Source: Clostridia bacterium
GTDB lineage: Bacteria > Bacillota > Clostridia > JAAYHZ01
Direction of reading: 5' to 3'
DNA: 64,000 nt
Assembly: GCA_050950825.1 (NCBI GenBank)
Contig: JBMNIH010000006.1
Location: 96,001-160,000 of the forward strand
Shown: positions 19,102 through 26,815 of the stretch, piece by piece
Layout: each line of letters starts with the position of its first letter
Numbering within the stretch: position 1 is the stretch's first letter
Made by a program: the position numbers and the translations under genes
Notes under the pieces: model-generated
Seen by the model: only the letters and a program-made list of their open reading frames with translations
Told to the model about the DNA's origin: nothing
Database searches by the model: none

Positions 19102-19265
19102 CATTTATTCCACGGTCTGTTGACAACGAGCCTCTCATGGCATGTTTTCCGGCATCGGGGCCATCCCCCACAGTAACAGGGATGGGCTTCATAGAAGGTG
19201 GATGATGCCCGGCTATCAGCCTAACATGCCATGTAACTCATTGTCAACAGCTTTCGCGGCATAAA
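19102..19265 (-). ncRNA. candidate structured non-coding element in the IS256 3' arm (copy 1)
   Basis: reverse complement of 44533-44696; homologous to 14610-14775. Confidence 0.6.
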
Positions 19266-19492
19266 CGCTTGCGACCATAGGCTGATTGCTACATTTAAAA
19301 TGCCGAGGTAATTTACACACTAATTTGGACTTGACTAATAGGGGTGATGTGTAATAATCAATTAAAAAAACAAATGTGGAAAAATTGATGGAAATGATAT
19401 ATGATACAGACAAGATTTAATCTTATCATAAGGGTGAACTCTCTCTTTTTATTTCCGAATGTATATTGACGCTATCAGCAATCCGTCGACAT

Positions 19493-19522
19493 TTGACATA
19501 TACTCGTTAATAAATGTATAAT
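19493..19522 (+). promoter_or_regulatory. sigma-A promoter for the CDF gene
   Basis: TTGACA-18-TATAAT, both hexamers consensus. Confidence 0.7.
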
Positions 19523-19618
19523 TTTGTTCAACCCTTTATATAGCTTTAATGGACCAAGAGAGTTTTAGAAATTGAAGCCTTTGGGTCGGAGCCGTAAAAG
19601 GGATTATTTGGAGGTATC

Positions 19619-20563
19619 ATGATTCGCTTTCTTATTAAACGGTTTGTTCAAGATTATGAAAACGTGTCCGATCCTGAGGTTCGAGCGGCGTACGGAATGC
19701 TGTCCGGCACTTTAGGCCTTATAAACAACTTTGTTTTGTTTGCTTTGAAATTAACGGTGGGACTGGTGATAAACAGTATCGCCGTCATTTCCGATGCATT
19801 CAACAACCTAAGCGATTTTTGCACCTCCCTCATTCAAATCTTCGGCGTCAAGATGAGTTGCAAGCCTCCCGATAAAAATCATCCCCAAGGTCACGGGCGG
19901 TCCGAATATATCGCCTCCCTTGCCGTTGCTTTTGTGATCTTCAGTGTCGGAACCCGGCTTTTCGGAAGCTCCTTTGAGAAGATGATTCGCCCTGAGCAGC
20001 CGACGGTAAATGTAACGGTTCTGGTTCTTTTGTCCGTATCCGTGTTCGTAAAGATTTGGATGTTTTCCTACAACCGGAGTATCGGAGAACGAATCGATTC
20101 CGAGATCAACAAGGCGGCGGCTCAAGACAGTATAAGCGATGCCGCGGCCACCTTCGTTGTGGTGCTGGGAACCTTCATAGGAACCTTTACAACCTTTCCT
20201 ATCGACGGGATATTGGGTCTTGTTATCTCTTTTCTTGTTATGTACACCGGTTTTAAGATTGCAAGAGATTCCGCCAGCCTCTTGTTAGGAAGAAGCTTGA
20301 GCGACGATGCCGTACAAAAAATACGAAAGATTGCTTTGTCTTCCGAGGTAATCACAGGGGTTCACGACCTTATCGTTCACGATTACGGCCCCGGAAAAAC
20401 CTATGCATCCATGCATGCGGAGGTGTCGCCTTTATCGGATATTGTGGAAGCTCACGACCAAGTGGATCGAATCGAGCAAAAAATATACAAGGAGCTGGGG
20501 GTAAAAATCACGATACATATGGACCCCATGGAATCCGCCAAGCCGGAAGGCAAAGAGGAATAA
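19619..20563 (+). CDS. cation diffusion facilitator transporter
   Basis: SIAVISDAFNNLSD, HPQGHGRSEY, VHDYGPG, IHMDP. Confidence 0.93.
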   Translation: MIRFLIKRFVQDYENVSDPEVRAAYGMLSGTLGLINNFVLFALKLTVGLVINSIAVISDAFNNLSDFCTSLIQIFGVKMSCKPPDKNHPQGHGRSEYIASLAVAFVIFSVGTRLFGSSFEKMIRPEQPTVNVTVLVLLSVSVFVKIWMFSYNRSIGERIDSEINKAAAQDSISDAAATFVVVLGTFIGTFTTFPIDGILGLVISFLVMYTGFKIARDSASLLLGRSLSDDAVQKIRKIALSSEVITGVHDLIVHDYGPGKTYASMHAEVSPLSDIVEAHDQVDRIEQKIYKELGVKITIHMDPMESAKPEGKEE

Positions 20564-20682
20564 AGAATTTTTCTTTCGGTGCTATTTATATTTATGCAAT
20601 TTCTTCTCATTTTTCTTGAAAAAGAAAGGGTCTTTTGTTATGATTGTGATAAAATATGCAAGAAAGTGAATGAGGAAAGCGC

Positions 20683-22239
20683 ATGAATAAAGACAGTTTA
20701 CAGATTATCATTTCGATGTGCAGCTATTTGATACTGGTCATCGGAATCGGCCTTTATTACGCCAAACGTGCAAACGAAAGCAGTAAAAACTACTTTATCG
20801 GCGGCAGAACACTAGGGCCTTGGATTACGGCACTCAGTGCAGAAGCCTCGGATATGAGCGGGTGGCTGCTGATGGGATTGCCCGGAGTCGCCTATTTTTA
20901 CGGGTTAAGTGACGCCATCTGGACGGCTATCGGACTTTCCGTCGGTACCTACATATGCTGGCTGTATTTAGCCAAAAGACTTCGCAATTATTCCCATGTT
21001 GCCGGTGATTCCATTACCATACCGGATTACCTCAGCAACCGATTCAAAGAAAACAAAAAGGTGATTATGACCATCGCCGCTTTGTTTATTCTCATTTTCT
21101 TTACGGTTTACGCATCCAGCTGTTTTGTTACGGTAGGTAAGCTTTTCAGCACCCTGTTCGGTTTGAATTACCAATTGATGATGATTGCCGGAGCGTTGTT
21201 CGTATTGTTCTATACGGTTTTAGGAGGCTTTTTAGCGGAAAGCGCATCGGACTTCCTGCAAGCATTGGTTATGATATTTGCCTTGGTTGCGGCATTTATC
21301 GTATCCTTCGTTACGGCAGGGGGGATCAAGCCCGTTTTGGATAATATCCGTGAAATACCGGGCTTTTTCGAATTTTTCGGAATCGCACAGCCTACGCTGA
21401 AAGACGGTGTGCAAGAAGTTGTAAACGGCAAGCCTTTGTTCGGATCGGCGGGAAAATACGGCTTCCTGACGGTCATTTCCACCCTTTCATGGGGATTGGG
21501 ATATTTCGGTATGCCTCACTTCTTGATTCGCTTTATGGCGATTCGTGATGCGGAAGAGATTAAAAAATCCAGAAGAATCGCTATTATATGGTGTGTTATT
21601 TCCCTCATGGCTGCCGTAGGTATCGGTTTGATCGGCCGCGCTTTGTATCCTGCAGAGCTTCTAACACAAAGCACGGCGGAAAGAATTTTCGTTGTAATAA
21701 GCTGTAATCTGCTTCCGCCTTTATTCGCAGGAATCGTTATGGCCGGTATATTGGCCGCTACAATCAGCTCTTCCGACTCCTATCTTTTGATTGCCACATC
21801 GGCCATATCGAAAAACTTGTTCCAAGGAGTTATAAAGAAGGACGCTACGGACCGTCAAGTCATGCTCGTATCCCGTATCATTCTTCTATTGATTGCCGTC
21901 GTCGGTATCATCATTGCTTTGGATGAAAACAGCGTTATCTTTAAGGTTGTTTCTTTTGCTTGGGCCGGCTTTGGTGCTACCTTCGGACCGATTATGATAT
22001 TGTCACTCTTCTGGAAAAGAACAACACAAGCAGGAGCCATTGCCGGTATGATTTCCGGCGGAGTCATGGTGTTTGTGTGGAATTTATTACTCAAGCCCTT
22101 AGGCGGTGTTTTCGGTATTTACGAATTGCTGCCGGCGTTTGTGATTTCCTGCATCGTGATTGTCATTGTCTCTCTGTTGTCCGGAGAACCTTCCCGAGAA
22201 ATCCAAGAAGAATTTGAAAAAGTTAAGGCGATGAAATAA
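20683..22239 (+). CDS. putP: sodium/proline symporter (SSS family)
   Basis: ALSAEASDMSGWLLMGLPG, GLGYFGMPH, AWAGFGATFGP. Confidence 0.9.
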   Translation: MNKDSLQIIISMCSYLILVIGIGLYYAKRANESSKNYFIGGRTLGPWITALSAEASDMSGWLLMGLPGVAYFYGLSDAIWTAIGLSVGTYICWLYLAKRLRNYSHVAGDSITIPDYLSNRFKENKKVIMTIAALFILIFFTVYASSCFVTVGKLFSTLFGLNYQLMMIAGALFVLFYTVLGGFLAESASDFLQALVMIFALVAAFIVSFVTAGGIKPVLDNIREIPGFFEFFGIAQPTLKDGVQEVVNGKPLFGSAGKYGFLTVISTLSWGLGYFGMPHFLIRFMAIRDAEEIKKSRRIAIIWCVISLMAAVGIGLIGRALYPAELLTQSTAERIFVVISCNLLPPLFAGIVMAGILAATISSSDSYLLIATSAISKNLFQGVIKKDATDRQVMLVSRIILLLIAVVGIIIALDENSVIFKVVSFAWAGFGATFGPIMILSLFWKRTTQAGAIAGMISGGVMVFVWNLLLKPLGGVFGIYELLPAFVISCIVIVIVSLLSGEPSREIQEEFEKVKAMK

Positions 22240-22370
22240 TCGGACAAGCATATGAATATTCCGTAGGCACCTGTTTCTAAAATGGCAGGTGCTTTTTGTA
22301 TCGCCTCGGTTGACGAAATTTTGAACACAGGGTAGAATCATTGTATAAATTTTTCGAAAGGAGAGGAATT

Positions 22371-23426
22371 ATGACCCCTCGAGAACGTGCTTTGGCGGTA
22401 TATCGATTTCAAGAAACCGATGTGCCGTGTTTTGATTTGATGGAAGGTACCGTTTGGCCGGAATTGGCGGAAGATTTCATAAATAAATACGGGATGTCGG
22501 ATCTTGAGCAAATACAAACGGCGTTAGGCTGCGACTTTCGATGGACCATCTTTCGGACAAGGTTTAATCCGGGATGGGAAACGGAGGATTATTCCGGAGC
22601 GGCTACGTATGCAGACGATGTGGGAACGAGAGTATTAAAATCCGCAAAGACCCCGGCGGATGTTCGCCGTATGCTGATCTTAAATCCCGATCTCGTACAA
22701 ATACCCGACTTTGCCGGGTTTCGAAAGGAGCATCCCGATAAGGCGCTGATTTGCTGTCCCGCATGGATGCCGTCTTTTTCCGGTGCATGTGAGGATTTCG
22801 GTATGGTTCAAGCAATGAGTTTGATGGCGTTAGAACCGGAAATTATTGAGGAATATGTTCGCATCAAGAAAAATTACGCTTTGGAAATCATCCGAAGAGC
22901 CATCAAAGCCGGCGCCGCAAAATACTGCGACTTTATGTGGCTTGGAGACGACTTTGCAGGGGAATCCACCATGCTGATCTCTCCGGATATGTGGCGAGAG
23001 CTGTTTAAGCCTGCATTAAAAGAACAGGTGGAGGAAGCCAGAAACGCAGGACTTTATGTTATGTTCCATTCCTGCGGTTATGTATATCCCGTATACGAAG
23101 ACTTTATTGAAATCGGAATCAATGCACATGTGGGGGTACAAACCAGCTGCCCGAATATGAGCCCGGAAGAATTGGCGGAAAAAATCGGCGGAAGACTGGT
23201 CATCCACGGCGGTGTGGACGCCCAAAAGACCTTGGTGGAAGGGGATTTTGACGAAGTCGTGGCGCAGACAAAAAGAAACATCAAGGCCTTTTCCAAATGC
23301 GGCGGATACGTAGTATCCAACTCCCACCACGGAATGTCGGATATCGGCGCGGACAAGATTGTAGCCATGTCGGTAGGAGCGGGACGCTGGGATTTTGGTA
23401 CCGGTTTTCATACGGACAAAAGATAA
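22371..23426 (+). CDS. uroporphyrinogen decarboxylase (URO-D/MtaA-like) family protein
   Basis: MTPRER start, GDD, LISPDMWRELFKP, FHSCG, GGVDAQ, GGYVV. Confidence 0.82.
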   Translation: MTPRERALAVYRFQETDVPCFDLMEGTVWPELAEDFINKYGMSDLEQIQTALGCDFRWTIFRTRFNPGWETEDYSGAATYADDVGTRVLKSAKTPADVRRMLILNPDLVQIPDFAGFRKEHPDKALICCPAWMPSFSGACEDFGMVQAMSLMALEPEIIEEYVRIKKNYALEIIRRAIKAGAAKYCDFMWLGDDFAGESTMLISPDMWRELFKPALKEQVEEARNAGLYVMFHSCGYVYPVYEDFIEIGINAHVGVQTSCPNMSPEELAEKIGGRLVIHGGVDAQKTLVEGDFDEVVAQTKRNIKAFSKCGGYVVSNSHHGMSDIGADKIVAMSVGAGRWDFGTGFHTDKR

Positions 23427-23519
23427 ATGAAAGTATAGGATATATATCAAGTGCGGACTAAAAACCGCACTTTTTTGCTTTCGGAATATATGTATTCCAT
23501 TCCGTATAGAGGTGGGGAC

Positions 23520-23897
23520 ATGGAAAAGTCTTTGTTGGAAAAGCAAATCTTCGATTTGGAATGTCTTTTATTGCAGCCTTTCGTTCGACGATCCGCGGAA
23601 AAAATCGCGGAACTATTGGCGGAGGATTTTTTTGAGTTTTGCAGCTCCGGAAAAGTGTATCGCTACAAAAAAGGCGATGTATTTGACGACGTTAATACAC
23701 CCGCAGCGGACCGAGAGATTACGGATTTTACCGTACGGGAATTATCTTGCGATACCGTATTGGCAACTTACAAAATAATTCAAAATCACAAAACGCCGAA
23801 CCAAAAGACATACTCGTTACGAAGCTCCGTATGGAAATGCTTTAACGGACAGTGGAAAATCATTTTTCATCAAGGAACGTTAACGGAGAAACCGTAA
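23520..23897 (+). CDS. DUF4440 / NTF2-like protein
   Basis: LLAEDFFEFCSSG and SLRSSVW..WKIIFHQGT motifs. Confidence 0.82.
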   Translation: MEKSLLEKQIFDLECLLLQPFVRRSAEKIAELLAEDFFEFCSSGKVYRYKKGDVFDDVNTPAADREITDFTVRELSCDTVLATYKIIQNHKTPNQKTYSLRSSVWKCFNGQWKIIFHQGTLTEKP

Positions 23898-23936
23898 AAC
23901 AAGGAGTAACTTTCGTGTTTTTCAAGAGAAAAAATA

Positions 23937-23968
23937 CGGTAATTTCAATTACGTAACATTGGTTACCG
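23937..23968. promoter_or_regulatory. two abutting GTAA-n6-TTAC palindromes (Crp/Fnr-family, HcpR-like site candidate)
   Basis: GTAAtttcaaTTAC (23939-23952) and GTAAcattggTTAC (23953-23966) upstream of the FrdX-like gene. Confidence 0.5.
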
Positions 23969-24039
23969 AACACGAGATAAATCCGGGATACAATTTTTTT
24001 GAAGTTAAGAAAACGAAAAAAACGGACGGAGGATGAACA

Positions 24040-24750
24040 ATGATACGGAAAATTATCACCATAGATGAAGAAAAGTGCAACGGCTGCGGCTTGTGTGTTA
24101 CGGCTTGCCATGAAGGAGCGCTGCAGATTATAGACGGAAAAGCAAAGCTTGTTTCCGAATCCTATTGCGACGGTTTGGGAAACTGCTTGCCGGAATGTCC
24201 CGTAGGGGCGATTACCATAGAAGAAAGAGAGGCGGCTCCTTTTGACGAGGAGGCGGTGAAAAAGAATATGGAAAAGGCGCAAGCTCAAGAATGCGGCGGA
24301 GGCTGTATCAGCGCAAGACCATTCGAACTGAAAGGAAAGCAAAAAAACGTACGACCGGAGCCGAGAACGGAAAGGGAAGAAGTCGAATCCCAATTGCGAC
24401 AATGGCCCTGCCAAATTCAATTGGTACCGGTAAACGCACCGTATTTCAACGGAGCCCATCTTTTAATTGCAGCGGACTGCACCGCTTATGCCTACCCGAA
24501 TGTTCACCGAGACTATATGAGAAACAAGATCACATTGATAGGCTGCCCGAAATTGGACGATGCGGATTATGCGGATAAATTGACCGAGATACTGAAAAGA
24601 AATGATATACGAAGCGTTACCGTATTGCGGATGAGCGTACCCTGCTGCGGCGGACTGGTTTATGCCGTACAGCAAGCGTTGATTCGAAGCGGAAAAATGA
24701 TTCCGTGGCAGGTTACGGTGATCGATATCGACGGAACCGTTTTGGAATAG
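24040..24750 (+). CDS. 4Fe-4S dicluster protein (FrdX-like, family usually found with hcp)
   Basis: CNGCGLCVTAC, CDGLGNCLPECP, QWPxQ, ADC, GCPKLD, VPCC. Confidence 0.85.
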   Translation: MIRKIITIDEEKCNGCGLCVTACHEGALQIIDGKAKLVSESYCDGLGNCLPECPVGAITIEEREAAPFDEEAVKKNMEKAQAQECGGGCISARPFELKGKQKNVRPEPRTEREEVESQLRQWPCQIQLVPVNAPYFNGAHLLIAADCTAYAYPNVHRDYMRNKITLIGCPKLDDADYADKLTEILKRNDIRSVTVLRMSVPCCGGLVYAVQQALIRSGKMIPWQVTVIDIDGTVLE

Positions 24751-26581
24751 ATATGTTTCGTTAATCCATATTTTGAATTTTCCGGAGATATATTTTATGT
24801 TCAGAGCAAACGATTCACATAAACAACAACCGATTTTCTCAAGTCTCGATTGGATGCATGAAAAAGCACGCGAAAGATTTAAAAAATCTTGGGCACCTGT
24901 ATTCTATGAACATGTATTTTGCCATATCAACGAAGAACCTTTTGCGAAATTGTACAGCAAGACAGGCAGACCGAATACACCTGTGAATATATTGCTGTCT
25001 TTGGAATATATCAAGTATATGAAAGATCTGAATGATCAAGATCTTTTGGATTCCCTATATCTTGATTATCAAACGACTTATGCCGTCGGAGGGAAAACGC
25101 TTGGCGAGATTTACATATCGGAAAGAACGCTGTATTACTTTCGGGAAAGAGTATATGAATATTTGACGGAGCATCCCGAGGACGAAAACCTCTTATTCGG
25201 TCAATTCATAGAGTTACTGAGGAATTTTGCGAAACTGACGGGAACCTCGCTCGACGAACAAAGAACCGATACGACCATGTTCGTAAGCAATATCAAGAAA
25301 GCGGGTCGATTGGCATTGGCTTACGACGTATTGGAGAAAGGGGTAAAAGCCATTCCGAAAGAACAAAGACCCGAATCAATGGGGAAGGTTCTTGAAAAGG
25401 ATTTCAAAACCGAAATGCTGCATAAGGTAAGAACCGTCGATACGGAAAGCAGGCTTACGACGCTTTTGTCTATGAGCGCGGAAGCTCTCAAGATATTGAA
25501 GGAACTGCCCGACAAGAAAGAATCGGACGAAGTTCGCATACTGGAACGGTTCATCAAAGAACAGTCGGAGACCGATAAAAACGGTAACCTTGTACCGAAG
25601 AAGAGCAAAGAAATCTCGTCCGATTCGCTTCAATCCGCCTATGACGAGGACGCCACCTATCGAAAGAAAGGCAATAAAGGGCAAAGCGGCTATGTACTTG
25701 AGGTATCGGAAACCTGCTCGAAAGACAACAAAGTTCAATTGATTACCGATTACGCCGTTAAGCCCAACATTGTAAGCGACAAAGAAATATTAAGCGGGCG
25801 AATCCGAAAGGTCAAAGAAAACACCGGATGTACCGACATGTACATAGACGGAGGTTTTCACTCGGAAGATGTATACAAAGCCGCGGAAGCCAATGATGTC
25901 CAAATTCATTTGACGGACATGTGCGGACGGAAGCCGTCGGACAAGATCTCGGTGAGTGAGTTTGAAATAAAAGAAGAAACGGGATTGATTGAAAAATGCC
26001 CTGCGGGACATATGCCTTTCCGATCGGTTAGAGCGAAAGGACAATTGGTGGCATACTTCGAAACAGATGTTTGTCTGCAATGCGAGCATTTTAACAGATG
26101 CTACAGCAAGCAACAGAACAAAAACTGTGTGGTGAGAATCAGTGAAAAAGCAATGGAAACCGCAAGGAAACGAGAAGAAATAGCCACTTGCAGGAAGGAA
26201 AACGTTAGTAAGAGAGCGGGAATCGAAGGAACCGTTTCGGCGTTGAAACGCACAGGACTGAATAATATGAAGGTACGCGGTTTGATTAAATCAACCGTTG
26301 TATGCGGATTCTTATCAATGGCGCAGAACATAAAACGAGTTATCAAATTTTTGCAAGGCGGATATGCAAAAGTAACAACTTGACAAACAAAAGGGATTAT
26401 TGTGCCTTTTATTAGGCAAAAGGTAAAAAACACATGAAAACTACCTCGATTTGATATCGAATCGAGGTAGCTGATACCCAAATTCGGGACGTTTATCGCA
26501 ATTGAATACCATAAATTGGATTTTATTATGTCATTAGTGTAATTTTACGAGTGTAAGAATGAGCTTTTTGCAGTAGAATCA
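24746..26581 (+). mobile_element. IS1182/IS5-like element, copy 1, lacking the left end
   Basis: right IR TTTTTGCAGTAGAATC ends 26580; identity with copy 2 starts only at AATAGATATG (24746). Confidence 0.75.
24797..26383 (+). CDS. IS1182/IS5-like DDE transposase
   Basis: GRPNTP, RTDTT, QSAYDEDATYRKK, IDGGF, CPAG..CxxC..C, RAGIEGTVSALKR. Confidence 0.85.
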   Translation: MFRANDSHKQQPIFSSLDWMHEKARERFKKSWAPVFYEHVFCHINEEPFAKLYSKTGRPNTPVNILLSLEYIKYMKDLNDQDLLDSLYLDYQTTYAVGGKTLGEIYISERTLYYFRERVYEYLTEHPEDENLLFGQFIELLRNFAKLTGTSLDEQRTDTTMFVSNIKKAGRLALAYDVLEKGVKAIPKEQRPESMGKVLEKDFKTEMLHKVRTVDTESRLTTLLSMSAEALKILKELPDKKESDEVRILERFIKEQSETDKNGNLVPKKSKEISSDSLQSAYDEDATYRKKGNKGQSGYVLEVSETCSKDNKVQLITDYAVKPNIVSDKEILSGRIRKVKENTGCTDMYIDGGFHSEDVYKAAEANDVQIHLTDMCGRKPSDKISVSEFEIKEETGLIEKCPAGHMPFRSVRAKGQLVAYFETDVCLQCEHFNRCYSKQQNKNCVVRISEKAMETARKREEIATCRKENVSKRAGIEGTVSALKRTGLNNMKVRGLIKSTVVCGFLSMAQNIKRVIKFLQGGYAKVTT

Positions 26582-26666
26582 TGAAATATTTTGTTATAAA
26601 CGTTCATACGAGGGACCGAAACTTGGAAAAGAACAGATGATTTTTGTCGAATTTTATCCTGATGCC

Positions 26667-26772
26667 TGTGGACAATCGCGGAAAGTTATCCACGGGCTTT
26701 TTGCTTTATTTCATGGGATATTCAAAAGTTATCCACATTATCCACAGAAATGACCTTTTGAATTGTGGATAA
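26667..26772. promoter_or_regulatory. cluster of five DnaA boxes
   Basis: TGTGGACAA 26667, TTATCCACG 26686, TTATCCACA 26729, TTATCCACA 26738, TGTGGATAA 26764. Confidence 0.8.
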
Positions 26773-26815
26773 CTTAAGAAAAAGAACAAAGAATCGATAA
26801 AAAAAGGGAAGCTTT

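Larger units (their letters stand above)
17786..19336 (+). mobile_element. IS256-family element, copy 1
   Basis: 1551 bp matching 44462-46012 in inverted orientation; flanking AATAGGG duplicated. Confidence 0.9.
12963..19476 (+). mobile_element. ISLre2-family IS (about 2.0 kb when intact) carrying nested IS3 and IS256 insertions in its 3' non-coding arm
   Basis: imperfect terminal IRs TAGCGT..TTCGGA; 9-bp direct repeat AGCAATCCG at 12954-12962 and 19477-19485. Confidence 0.8.

Noticed and set aside
19002-19205. 67-aa ORFs overlapping the IS256 3' end (also 44593-44809)
   Set aside because: They overlap the transposase and the structured element; the ISLre2 homologue conserves base pairing rather than a reading frame
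26667-26772. DnaA boxes as the chromosomal origin
   Set aside because: No dnaA, dnaN, rpmH or gidA in the window and no clear unwinding element
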